A program made the position numbers and the translations under genes. From NCBI RefSeq assembly GCF_009914755.1, contig NC_060930.1: a stretch of 64,000 nt of DNA; one strand, 5' to 3'. The notes below the pieces were generated by a model that was not told where the DNA came from, searched no databases, and saw only the letters and a program-made list of their open reading frames with translations. Positions 13,357-25,854 of this stretch are shown one piece after another. The stretch's first letter is position 1, and each line of letters opens with the position of its first letter. Source of the stretch: the human T2T-CHM13v2.0 reference genome, Homo sapiens.

Positions 13357-13380
13357 TGTGTGTGTGTGTGTGTGTGTGTG
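13357..13380. repeat. (TG)12 microsatellite
   Basis: Directly visible. Confidence 0.97.
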
Positions 13381-13531
13381 GGTACTGGTTTGTTTTAAAA
13401 GAGAAAACACTCTGCTCTGATAAAGCAATAAAAAGCAAATAGGGTTAGATCCACATCTGAGACATGTTACCCTTTGTGATGAGATATGTTGCCTTCTGTG
13501 GGGTTCAGCATGTAACCTGTGAGGTTCAGAG

Positions 13532-15535
13532 GCATTCCCTCTGAGAACTGGAACAAGACAAGGATGCTCACTTTCAGTGCTTCTATTCAACATCGTACTG
13601 GAAGTCCTAGCAATCAGACAAGAAACCAGAGCAATCAGACAAGAAAAAGAAATAAAGAACATCCAAATTGGTAAAGAGGAAGTCAAACGGTTCCTTATTG
13701 CTGATGATATGATCCTATGCCTAGAAAACCATAGACTCCTCCAAAAGGCTTCTAGAACTGATAAATGAATTCAGCAAAGTTTCAGAATACAAAATCAATG
13801 TGCACAAATCAGTAGCTCTTCTATACACCAACAGCAACCATGCTGAGAACTAAATCAAGAACTCAACCTCTTTTACAATAGATGCAAAAAAAAAAAAAAA
13901 CAAAAAAAACCTAGGAATTCACCTAACCAAGGAGGTGAAAGACCTCTACAAGGAAAATTACAAAACACTGCTGAAAGAAATCACAGATGACACAAACAAA
14001 TGGAAACACACTCCATGCTCATGAATGGGTAGAATCAATATTGTGAAAATGACCATCCTACCAAAAGCAATATACAAATTCAATGCAATTCCCATCAAAA
14101 TACCACCATCATTCTTCACAGAACTAGAAAAATAATCCGAAAATTCATATGGAACCAAAAAAGAGCCTGCATAGCCAAAGCAAGACTAAGCAAAAAGAAC
14201 AAATCTGGAGGAATCACATTGCCTGATTTCAAACTATACTCTAAGGCTATAGTCACCAAAACAGCATGGTACTGGTATAAAAATAGGCACATAGACAAAT
14301 GGAACAGAATAAAGAACCCAGAAATAAACCCAAATACTTACAGCCAATGATCTTTGACAATGCAATCAAAAACATAAAGTGGGGAAAGGACACCCTATTC
14401 AACAAATGGTGCTGGGATAATTGGCAAGCCACATGTAGAAGAATGAACTCGATCCTCATATCTCACCTTATACAAAAATCAACTCAAGATGGATCAAGGA
14501 CTTAAATTGAAGACCTGAAACCATAAAAATTCTAGAAGATAACATCAGAAAAACCCTTCTAGATATTGGCTTAGGCAAAGACCAAGAACCCAGAAGCAAA
14601 TGCAACAAAAACAAAGACAAATAGATGGGACTTAATTAAACTAAAAAGCTTCTGCATAGCAAAAGAAACAGTCAACAGAGTAAACAACCCACAGAGTGGG
14701 AGAAAATCTTTGTAATCTACGCATCTGACAATGGACTAATATGCAGAATCTACAAGGAACTCAAATCAGCAAGAGAAAAACAAACAATCCCATCAAAAAG
14801 TGGGCTAAGGACTTGAACAGACAGTTCTCAAAGGAAGATATACACATGGCCAACAAACATATGGAAAAATGCTCAACATCACTAACGATCAGGGAAATGC
14901 AAATCAAAACCACAATGCAATACCACTTTACTCCTGCAAGAATGGCCATAATAAAAAAAATAAAAAAATAATAGATGTTGGCATGGATGGGGTGAACAGG
15001 GAACACTTCTATACCGCTGATGGGAAAGTAAACTAGTGCAATCACTTTGGAAAACAGTTTGGAGATTCCTGAAAGGACTAAAAGTAGAACTACCATTTGA
15101 TCCAGCAATTCCACTACTGGGTATCTATCCAGAGGAAAAGAAACCATTATACGAAAAAGATACTTGCACATGCATATTTATGGCAGCACAATTCGCAATT
15201 GCATAAGTATGGGTCTACTCCAAATGCCCATCAAGCATTTGCAGCAATCTGGATGGAACTACAAGGAATGGAAAACCAAACATTGTATATTCTCACTTAT
15301 AAGTGGAGGCTAAACTATGAGGATGCAAAGGCATAGAATGATACAATGGACTCTGGGGACTCAGGCAAAAGAGTGGGAGGAGGTGAGGGATAAATGACCA
15401 CAAATTGGGTTCAGTGTATACTGCTTGGGTGATGGGTGCACCAAAATCTCACTAATCACCGCTAAGAATTTACTCATGAAAGCAAACACCACCTGTTCCC
15501 CAAAAACCTATGGAAATAAAAAATTGTTTTTAAAA
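13532..15535 (+). mobile_element. 5'-truncated LINE-1, L1PB1-like
   Basis: Broken ORF2 RT/C-terminal peptides ([27 protein letters not shown]) and 3' end 'cacctgttccccaaaaacctatggaaataaaaaa'; internal deletions near 15233-15265. Confidence 0.93.
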
Positions 15536-16177
15536 AGTGTGTGGCACCTCCCTCTGCCTCCCAAAAGCAAAACAAAACAAAACAAAGTGGACCCCATGGC
15601 TTTGCATTACAATGACAAAACCTACTTAATTTGCTTCAGAATAACTTGTTCAAATCTGAACTGTTTGGAAATGTCTCCTGCAGAACGTTTGTCATGGTCT
15701 GGGCATCTTTTTGTCACTGTAAACTCCTTCTTAAGAAAACATGCGGAACATTTAATTTGATTATCTGGTTTCTAGGGATTCCCAGGACTATCTTCATTTA
15801 CATGAATGTACATTAGCTCTGGCATGGATCGCCTGCAGAAGTGAGTGCATTCAAGACATCTCATTAAGCACTAAATTTAGTCCCTGAAGACTGAAAGAGG
15901 AGAAGAACAACCAGCTGCAGAAAGTCTTGGGCTCTGTGACTGGTGAGTTGTAGAAGACAGAAGGAGGTTTGTACGCTTTACTCTAGAGTAATAGAATGGT
16001 CTGTAAATCAGGAGCTGGAAAAATGGTAAATGAAGATGTTGAATAGGAGATTCTCTAGCCTATTGTAAGAGTGTATTGAAGGAAACCTTAAAAAATTATA
16101 CAGTAGTTCAGACCTTTCTTTCATATATCTTCTCCTTTTTCCATTTCCTTAATTTTATGCCATATTGATAACCCACA

Positions 16178-16447
16178 ATAAGATTTGGGTAGGTAAAGGA
16201 AAAAGGGGGATTCTTCTCTGGTGGGCAGGGGTGGGGGTCACAAGGTGCTCAGCAGGGGATCTTTTGAGCCAGGATGAGCCAGGAGAAGGAATTTCACAAG
16301 GTAATGTCATCAGTTAAGGCAAGAACAGACCATTTTCACTTCTTTTGTGGTGGAATGTCATCAGTTAAGGCAGGAACTGGCCATCTGGATGTGTATGTGC
16401 AGGTCACAGGGGATATGATGGCTTAGCTTTAGCTCAGAGGCCTGACA
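16178..16447 (-). mobile_element. HERV-H 3' LTR7, U3 part only
   Basis: Matches 21617-21886 (about 13 mismatches in 270 bp); homology stops inside the TATA box. Confidence 0.95.
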
Positions 16448-17468
16448 TTCTTGTCTTCTTATATTAATAAGAAAAATAAAACAAAATAGTGGTAAAGTGT
16501 TGGGGTGGCAAAAATTTTTGGGGGTGGTATGGAGAGATAATGGGCGATGTTTCTCAGGGCTGCTTTGAGCGGGATTAGGGGTGACGTGGGAACCTAAAGT
16601 GGGAGAGATCAAGCTGAAGGAAGATTTTGTGGTAAGGGGTGATATTGTGGGGTTGTTAGAAGAAACATTTGTCATGTAGAATTATTGGTGATGGCCTGGA
16701 TATGGTTTTGTATGAATTGAAAAACTAAACGGAATAAGAGAAGGAGAAAAACAGGTATTAAAGGACTAAGAATTGGGAGGACCCAGGACATCTAATTAGA
16801 GAGTGCCCAAGGAGATTCAGCATAGCCTTGCCAGCAAAGATTATTTATTTACTTTAAGAGTTAAGAGTGGCGGTTTGGGGATAGCACCAGGAGATATCAG
16901 CTGTGACAGCTTGGAGAAACAGCGTAAACCAGCAGTGTAAATAAGAGCAGAGCATTTATAAGTAGTTGAGAATGGTGAATAGGAGTATGACTAGACAGAA
17001 GATAGTAGGATGACAAGTTTTTTGGGGCACAGCCCAAGTTGGTCTGGTGTCTGGAATGAGACTGGGGACTAATAAAAAGGAGCGTCTATACAGGAGCTTA
17101 AATGGGCTGTACCCTGTAGCATTCCGAGGACAGGCCCGACTTCTGAGAAGGGAAAGTGATAAAAGTATTGTCCAGTCCTTTTTAAGTTGGTGGCTGAGCT
17201 TGGTGAGGTGTGTTTTTAAAAGACCATTACTTCATCCTACCTTTCCTGAAGACTGAGGACTGTAAGGGATATAAAGGTTTTACTGAATACCAAGAGCCTG
17301 AAAAACTGCTTGGGTGATTTGACTAATAATGGCCAGTCCGTTATCGGGCTGTATAGAGGTGGGAAGGCCAAACCGAGGAATTATATCTGACAGAAGGGAA
17401 GAAATGACTGCAGTGGCCTTCTCAGACCCTGTGGGAAAGGCCTCTACCCATCCAGTGAAAGTATCTAC

Positions 17469-18165
17469 CTAGACCAAGAGGTATTTTAGTTTCCTGACTT
17501 GAGGCATGTGAGTAAAGTTAATTTGCCAGTCCTGGGCGGGGGCAAATCCCCGAGCTTGATGTGTAGGGAAGGGAAGGGCCTGAGAAACTCCTGAGGAGTA
17601 GCAGAATAGCAGATGGAACACTGAGAAGTGATTTCCCTGAGGAAAGATTTCCATGATGGAAAGGAAATGAGAGGTTCTAAGAGGCAGGCTAGTGGCTTGT
17701 AACCTACATGGAAGAGGTTATGAAATGACAACAGAATAGAATGGGCCTGTGAGGCTGGAAGGAGATATTTTCCTTGGTCTAAGAACCATTTGCCTTGTGT
17801 GGGAAGAGATTGATAGGCGGAAGTTTCAATGGGGGAGTAGGTGGGAGTAGCCAGATTAGAAGGAGAAAAACTGAAAGTGAGGGATAGAAGTTGGAACGCT
17901 AGCTGCTTTTTTAGCTACCTTATCAGCATAAGCGTTGTCCTGAGTGATGGGATCTGATGCCTTTTGGGCCTTTGCAGTGAATGACTCCAGCTTCCTTTGG
18001 AAGTAAAGTGGCTTTGAGAAGCGTTTTTATTAAAGAGGCATTAATGATGGAGGACCCTTGCGTAGTGAGGCAATCTCTTTCAGCCCATGTAACAGCATGG
18101 TGGTGCAAGATATGGAAGGCATATTTAAGAGTCAGTACAAATATTGACACGTAGTCCTTTTGCAA
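17469..18165 (-). pseudogene. HERV-H pol remnants (RNase H and integrase), frameshifted
   Basis: Peptides LPKEAGVIHCKG (RNase H) and FAPAQDWQINFTHMP (degenerate WQIDFT integrase motif). Confidence 0.85.
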
Positions 18166-19271
18166 GAGTGAGGGCTTGAGTTAAGGCAATGAGTTTGGCT
18201 TACTGAGAGGCAGTGGAGGGGAGCAGGAAGTATATGCGTCAGGTGTGAGGAAGAAAATAGATTTCAGAAGTTATGAGAACTATAGAGAGTGAGTTGAGCA
18301 TAGTTTGTGATTTTGAGGGCCTCTAAAAGTATTAAGGCAGTGGCAGCTGCTGCACGCAGACATGAGGGCTAGGCTAAAACAGTAAGGTCAAGTTGTTTGG
18401 ACAGAAAAGCTACAGGGTGCTGCCTGGGCTCTTGTGTAAGAATTCTGACTGCACTAACCATGCCTAGGAAGGAAAGGAGTTGTTATTTTGTAGAAGGGAT
18501 TGGGGTTTGGGAGATTAGCTGGACATGATCAGCAGGGAGAGCATGTTATCATGAGAATTATGTCAAGATAGGTAACAGATGAGGAAGAAATTTGGGCTTG
18601 ACTGAAGTAATGGGGGCTGTCAGTGAAGCCTTGCGGCAGTACAGCCCAGGTAATTTGCTGAGCCTGATGGGTGTCAGGGTCAGTCTAAGTGAAAGTGAAG
18701 AGAGGCTGGGGTGAAGGGTGCACAGGAATAGTAAAGAAAGCATGTTTGAGATCCAGAATAGAATAATGGGTTTGTGGAGGGAGATATTTAGGATAGGAGA
18801 GTATATGTGTTTGGCACCATGGGGTGGATAGGCAAAACAAGTTGGTTGATAAGGCGCAGATCCTGAACTAACCTGTAAGACTTGTCTGGTTTTTGGACAG
18901 ATAAAATGGGGGAATTGTAAGGAGAGTTAGAGGCTTTAAAAGGCCATGCTGTAACAGGCGAGTGATAACAGGCTTTAATCCTTTTAAAGCGTGCTGCGGG
19001 ATGGGATATTGGCCTTGAGTGGGGTAAGGGTGATTAGGTTTTAATGGGATGGTAAGGGGTGCATGATCAGTCGCTAAGGAGGGAGTAGAAGTAGAGGTAT
19101 CCCATACTTGTGGGTTAAAGTGGGGAGATATAAGGGGAGGATGTGAAGGAGGCTTTGGACTGGGGGAAAAGGCGGCAATGAGGTGTGGCTGTAGCCCAGG
19201 AATAGTCAGGGAAGCAGATAATTTAGTTAAAGTGTCTCCACCTAATAAGGGAACTGGGCAGGTGGGGATAA

Positions 19272-19493
19272 CTAAAAGGAGTGCTTAAAAGAGTATTGTC
19301 TAAGTTGGCACCAGAATAGGGGAGTTTTAAGAGGTTTAGAAGCCTGGCCGTCAATAGCCACAACAGTTATGGAGGCAAGGGAAACAGGCCCTTGAAAAGA
19401 AGGTAATGTGGTGTGAGTAGCCTCTGTATTGATTAAGAAGGGGACGGACTTACCCTCCGTATTGATTAAGAAGGGGATGGACTTACCCTCCAC
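19272..19493 (-). pseudogene. HERV-H protease remnant with an in-frame 33-bp duplication
   Basis: EGKSIPFLINT-EGKSVPFLINT-EATHTTLP; FLINTEA is a degenerate FLxDTGA active-site motif. Confidence 0.85.
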
Positions 19494-20162
19494 TGTGAGA
19501 GTTACCCGAAGATCGGCATCCGTGATGGTCTAGGGGGCTTCCAAGGCAATAGGGCAGCGTTAGTCTTCAGCCGCTAAGCCAAGAAGATCTGGGAAGGAGT
19601 CAGAGAGCCTTGGGCCAAAGTTCCAGGGGCTCTGGGAGTGGCTTCCAGGTGAGTTGAACAGTCTGATTTTCAGTGGGGTCCCGCACAGATGGGACATGGC
19701 TTAGGAGGAATCCTGGGCTGTGGGCATTCCTTGGCCCAGTGGCCAGATTTCTGGCACTTCTAGCAAGCTCCTGGGGGAGGCAGGCCTGGGTGAATGCCTG
19801 ACTGTTGTGGTTCAGGCGTTTGGAAGTTCTTGTGTGCTGGAGATATGGCTGGGGTTTGTCTCATGGTTGAGGCAAGGAAGTGCAACTCAGAAATACATTG
19901 CTACTTGGCTGCCTCTACTCTATTATTGTACACCTTGAAAGTGAGGTTAATTAAGTCCTGTTGTGGGGTTTGAGGGCTGGAATTTAAATTTTGGAGTTTT
20001 GTTTAATGTCTGGAGCAGATTGGGTAATAAAATAAAATGCATATTGAGAATAAGACGACCTTCTGACCTTTCAGGGTCTAGGGCTGTAAAGTGTCTCAGG
20101 GTTGCTGCCAAACAAGCCATGAACTGGGCTGGGTTTTTATATTTGATGAAAGAGCCTATACA

Positions 20163-20465
20163 CTAACTGATTTGGGAGAGGTCGGATAAAGAAAAAGGAG
20201 CATTAACCTTGACTATGCCTTTAGCTCCAGCCACCTTTTTAAGAGGAAATTGCTGGGCAGGTGGGGGAGGGCTAGTCACGGAATGAAACTGTAAGCCGGA
20301 CCAGGTGTGAGGAGGAGAGATGATAAAAGGATTATAGGGTGGAGGAGCAGAGGCTGTGGAAGAATTGAGACCTAGCTCGGCCTGGCGAGGAGGAGCCTGG
20401 GGAGGAGGGGAGAGGTCAGATTGGTCTGTAGAAAAGGAAGATTGGAAAGAGGAAAGACTCAGCAA
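20163..20465 (-). pseudogene. HERV-H gag remnant
   Basis: PPPY late-domain motif (SAPPPYNP) followed by QQFPLKKVAGAKGIVKVNAPFSLSDL. Confidence 0.85.
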
Positions 20466-20993
20466 TGCTTGGGGTTGGGACTGAGGGGACAGGCGGAAGG
20501 GAAAGAAGGAAGATTTGGGATGAGTTGCATTGGGAACGGAGACTAGGGAGGAACAAGGTGTAAAAGAATGCCTGGATATCAGGCACCTCAGACCATTTGC
20601 CCATTTTATGACAAGAATTATTTAGATCTTGTAGGATGGAAAAAATCGAAAGTACTGTTTTCTGGCTATTTGGAACCACTGTCAAGTTTGTATTGGGGTC
20701 AAGTGGCATTTGCAGAAGAAAATAAGGCATTTAGATGTTAGGTCAGGTGTGAGTTGAAGAGGTTTTAAGTCTTTGAGAACACAGGCTAAGGGAGAAGGAA
20801 GAATGGAGGGTGGAAGTTTGCCTATAGTGAAGGAGGCAAGTCCAGAGAAAAGAGAGGGTAGAGACACGGAGAGAAGGGGTGAGGGGTGCTTGCCCCCCAG
20901 GAAAGTGGAGAAGGGGTAGAGATATGGAGAGAAGGGGTCGGGGGGTTCTTGACCCCCAGAAAAGTGACACTTGCCACTAAGGGTCAAGGACCA

Positions 20994-21109
20994 AGGCAGG
21001 CGTCCCCGCGTGGTCAGACACCACTGAAACATGGGTGAATAATCAGGCAGGCATCCCTGCATGGTCAGACACCTGTGAAATATGGGTGAATAATCAGGCA
21101 GGCGTCCCC
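20994..21109. repeat. 51-bp tandem repeat in the HERV-H leader (about 2.3 copies)
   Basis: Unit 'aggcaggcgtcccc...gggtgaataatc' starts at 20994, 21045 and 21096. Confidence 0.9.
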
Positions 21110-21330
21110 CACAATGATTGAACACCAAGGGAAGACTGCCTTCCCGAGTCCGTGACCTGCGCCGGAGTTTTGGGTTCATGGATAAAACGCATCTCCTGAG
21201 TTGTCTTTACCAGAGAACGAAAGGAACTGAAATTAAGAGAAGGGAGAGACTGAAAGCTGGTGCCAAGATTGAAAGGAGAAAGAGGTTGAGGGATAGTGAG
21301 GGAGGTTGGAGAAGAGAGTAAAAAGAGGCT

Positions 21331-21339
21331 GCTTACTGG
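21331..21339 (-). promoter_or_regulatory. HERV-H leader splice donor
   Basis: Minus strand reads CCA/GTAAGC about 145 nt downstream of the 5' LTR, the position of the HERV-H major donor; GT is intact. Confidence 0.6.
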
Positions 21340-21462
21340 ATTTTAAATTGGTGAGATGTTCCTTGGGCTGGTCAGTCTGAGGACCCGAGGTTGTAGGTGG
21401 ATCTTTCTCACGGAGCAAAGAGCAGGAGGACAGGGGATTGATCTCCCAAGGGAGGTCCCCCT

Positions 21463-21480
21463 ATCTGAGTCACAGCACCA
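21463..21480 (-). other. Primer-binding site for tRNA-His
   Basis: TGGTGCTGTGACTCAGAT versus the tRNA-His complement TGGTGCCGTGACTCGGAT (2 CpG transitions), 2 nt from the LTR end. Confidence 0.93.
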
Positions 21481-21482
21481 AA

Positions 21483-21886
21483 TTTCATGCATGTCTGTGT
21501 GAAGAGACCACCAAACAAGCTTTGTGTGAGCAACAAGGCTGTTTATTTCACCTGGGTGCAGGCAGGCTGAGTCCGAAAAGAGAGTCAGGGAAGGGAGATA
21601 GGGGTGGGGCCGTTTTATAAGATTTGGGTAGGTAAAGGAAAAAGGGGGATTGTTCTCTGGCGGGCAGGGTTGGGGGTCACAAGGTGCTCAGCGGGGGAGC
21701 TTTTGAACCAGGATGAGCCAGGAGAAGGAATTTCACAAGGTAATGTCATCAGTTAAGGCAGGAACAGGCCATTTTCACTTCTTTTGTGGTGGAATGTCAT
21801 CAGTTAAGGCAGGAACTGGCCATCTGGATGTGTACATGCAGGTCACAGGGGATATAATGGCTTAGCTTGGGCTCAGAGGCCTGACA
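21483..21886 (-). promoter_or_regulatory. HERV-H 5' LTR7, complete (404 bp), potential promoter
   Basis: Starts TGTCAGGCCTCTGAGCCCAAGCTAAGCC and ends GCATGAAA; contains TATAAAA (21613-21619) and AATAAA (21542-21547). Confidence 0.95.
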
Positions 21887-22393
21887 CTCAACATTAAGTG
21901 ACACCTGACTCTATATCACTATTGTTTGAGATGAAGAAATGAAAGCTCAATAAAAAGCCACATTTTGTTTAAGCAGGATGGTATTATATTCACTAGCTTC
22001 TATTTTAATATTATTATAATTTAATTGTTTTCCATCTGCAATGCCTTCTCCCCATACCACATTCTTCTCAGGCTTCAAAGTTTAATTCTAGTCTCACCTC
22101 TTCCAAAAATTATTCCACTTTGCAGTTTCACACTGATTTCCTACTTCTCTACGTACTTTTTCATATACAATTTGAGTTACTTTAACATTTTATTGTACAC
22201 TTCTTCAGCAGTTGTTTCATATGTCTACCTTCTCCTCCAAATTAGACAAAGTCCTTTAGGGTAATATGATGTCTTAGCAATATTGTATTCCTAGTGCTTC
22301 CAATGGACTCAGAACATATTAGCTGCTTGGGAAGAAACAAGTTATTTAGATCAATTTACTCAATTGCCTGCAAAATGAAACCTAAGAGAGTTA

Positions 22394-22800
<407 letters not shown>

Positions 22801-23622
22801 TATGATGGTAGAAAGCAAGTTGAGAGTGTTTGCATTCAAACTTCATGAGCTTCACAGATTTCCCAATGCTAACTCGATTCCAACTTGACTTATCCAAATT
22901 TGCCAAGGTGAAGGTTTGTAAAAGGTGGGTGAATGATATAACTGAAGCTTAAACTAAACCGTGCAAACTCTAGCACCATTATCTTGGCTTATGTTTCTGG
23001 CAATGGCATACTCCCTGCTGTTGAGGTAATTAAGCACAATTATTAGAGGCTGTGGCAGATCCTAGTTTTTAGACTAAAGGCTTAATTGATCTTTCTTTCA
23101 CCAGAGTCTCTCCTAAGGAGCCCTAGATTAGTTCATCTACTCTACTCTTGGATTATGAGGGAGAAAGTTGCTGGTAACCAGAAAGGCACCATTTTCTAGA
23201 ACATTGTTCTAACCCCTGAAATCTGGCTGTGATTGAATTATCACATTCAGATGTGGTGTGGGTTTTATGACTTCGTATTATATGTAGGTGTTCTCTGGGC
23301 ATTTTTGTAACCCAAAACATCATGGAAAGTCTGTTGAAATCTTTGTCTGTGGGGCTGAGTATGCACAGAGTTTTACTTTTTCATGTCTCTTAGGTACATG
23401 AATACATTTGCTAGGCTCTGGCCGATTAGCATTTTGGACCCGAGGAAGATTTGTTTGCTAGTTATCATGCAAGAGGGATAATTTTTTTCCAGTTCTCCAA
23501 TATGCAAAATTCACTCAGAAAAAAAATTAAAGGCTTTAATTACCTGCTAATTTCCTTTATGGGAGACAAGAAAACTGCCAAACATGTGTTCTGAGGGATG
23601 GTATTATAATTAATTGCATGTA

Positions 23623-24387
23623 CAGTAGTTTCCCCTTATCTATGGGGATAACTTCCAAGACCCCCAGTAGATGTCTGAAACCTTGGCTAGTACTGAACCA
23701 TAAACAGACAGTTCCTGACTTATGATGGTTTGATTTACAGTTTTTAAACTTCATGATGGTGTGAAAGTGATATGCATTTAGTGTGCTCTTTGACTTATGA
23801 GGGAGTTATGTCCCGATAAACCCATCATAAGTTGAAAAATACTGTAAGTTCAAATGCAGTTTTGACTTATTATATTTTCAGTTTATAATTGATATAACAG
23901 TTTGTAACCCCAGTGTAAGTTAAGGAGTATCTGTATATACAGTATTATTTTTCCTATATATACATACCTATGATAAAGTCTAATTTATACACTAAGAACA
24001 GTAAGAGGTTTACAACAATAACTAATAAAGTAGGACAATTACAGAAATAGGCTAGTATTACTTCTCTTGTTCTTTGGGGCCATTATTAAGGGTTACTTGA
24101 ACACAAACAACGTAATATCTCGGCAGTCAGCCTGATAACCCAGACAGCTACTAAGTGACTAACAGGTGGGTTGTGTGTACAGTTGTGTATACAGGACAAA
24201 GGGATGGTCTCATCCAGAGCAGGACTCAGGGGACAGAGTGAGATTTCATTATGCTAGTCAGAATGGCTCACTATTTTAAACTTCTGAATTGCTCACCTCT
24301 GGAATTTTCCATTTAATATTCAGACTGCAGTTGTCCTCAGGTAACTGAAATTGGATAAGTGAAACCGTGGATAAGAGGGAACTACTG
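23623..24387. mobile_element. Tigger2/MER2-family DNA transposon, interrupted
   Basis: Terminal inverted repeats CAGTAGTTTCCCCTTATC ... GATAAGAGGGAACTACTG, TA at the left flank. Confidence 0.85.
23705..23933. mobile_element. MER47/Tigger5-like element nested in the MER2-family element
   Basis: Own TIRs 'cagacagttcctgacttat' ... 'gtaagttaaggagtatctg' followed by TA; internal 'gttatgtcccgataaacccatcataagttgaaaa'. Confidence 0.7.
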
Positions 24388-25014
24388 CAATTCTTCATTT
24401 TCTATATCCATGCTGATGAATATGTGCTAATAATTACATTAAATGCTTTTTCTATGTTTTATGTAAAAGGGCACAGATATCCCTTGTAGCATTTATAGTT
24501 ATATTATTACCAAACATGGATTTTGTAATCATAGTTCATATATAAGATCTCATACTGAATTAACAGAAGTTGAATGATGACTCTGTTTTTAAGGTCACAT
24601 AGCCAGTTATCCAGTTTTAAAATCAATGTTGGCTTCATATAATCTGCAAACACACAAGTATCTTGCACTTAGAACTTTTTTGCTCAGGCAGGACACTCTC
24701 ACATTATTTACTCAGAAACTACCTAAATTGTTTTGATTGTCAATTCTATTAATCACATTACTTCCTTGGTCACTTTCCTGCATTGTTTTATCTTTCAAAC
24801 TTCTGTCTTTTCAATGTCCACTTTTGTGCACCCTAACTTAAATCATCTTGGTTAGTGGAAAGAAAACATTATTATGCATTCCCAAATTTTAACTAATCAT
24901 TTAAAATGAATATCCTCCAATGTGTTGGATAGGCATCGTAAAAACAGGATAAAATGCCATAATTTGCCAGTGAATGGCCAGAATATTTATTTATAAATTG
25001 AGATATGAAGAATG

Positions 25015-25230
25015 CACATTTTCTGAGCATCTTCTATAGCTTAGGTATCGTACTAGGAGTTTTACGTTCATTATCTTGCTTAACCTTTACCCTGAGGTGG
25101 GTAGTCTTATTATTCTACAGATAAAATTGAAAAAGGGTTTCAGGGAGGGAGAGAGTTAGTACCTATCTCAACCACCTGGCTGGTAAGAGTTGAAGCATGA
25201 TTTAAACTCATATATTTGTAACTGTCTTGC
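25015..25230 (-). mobile_element. MIR SINE
   Basis: Degenerate reverse MIR core ('ccctgaggtgggtagtcttattattctacagataaaa'). Confidence 0.55.
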
Positions 25231-25854
25231 CTCTTTACCGAGAAACAGAAAAAGTAGAAAAGTTGCTCGCTCTTCAACATGACTATGACCCAGTAATTCC
25301 TTTGGAAAATGGCAGTCTGGGAAACCTCACTGACCCAGGTTCTACTTCCATGACTTTTGTACTCAGGATGCCTGTCTTTGTACTGGATAGGATGAACTAG
25401 CTCTGTCCAGGAGAGTTTTTGGTTACAACCTGATTTGCAGAAACTAAGTTGTCTACTTACGTCGCTGTGGTATATAAAATATTCACCAGTCAACTGTCAC
25501 CTGGCTTGAGAAAGTTTTTAATGATCTAAGGTGCTGGAAAGATAAATTTTATTGAAACTAAAACTCTAATAATAAACTGAGAAGACCATATCTCATAGAA
25601 TCATTATGCTGTGACATCAATAGACTCAGGAGGGAAAGGGGAGGGGGTGGAGGTAGTGATGGCAGTCAGAGGCCTACTAGAAGAAGGAGAGGACCCACCA
25701 CGGTAAAACTGTCTACCATTTTGTAGAACTTGTTTATTTGCATGTACAGAGTATGTAGCATTTAATATTTGAGAAAACAGTGTTAGCACAATGGCTGAAG
25801 GCATCATTAAAAGGAGCATAAAGTTTTTAATCTGTTAGACTTATGAGATGTGCC

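Larger units (their letters stand above)
16178..21886 (-). mobile_element. HERV-H provirus (LTR7-gag-pro-pol-LTR7, env deleted), 3' LTR truncated
   Basis: Two LTR7 copies, tRNA-His PBS, polypurine tract (16448-16460), and decayed gag/pro/pol peptides; 5.7 kb is the common deleted HERV-H form. Confidence 0.96.

Noticed and set aside
16178-21886. HERV-H as a coding-competent virus
   Set aside because: gag, pro and pol are fragmented by stops and frameshifts, catalytic motifs are degenerate and env is absent
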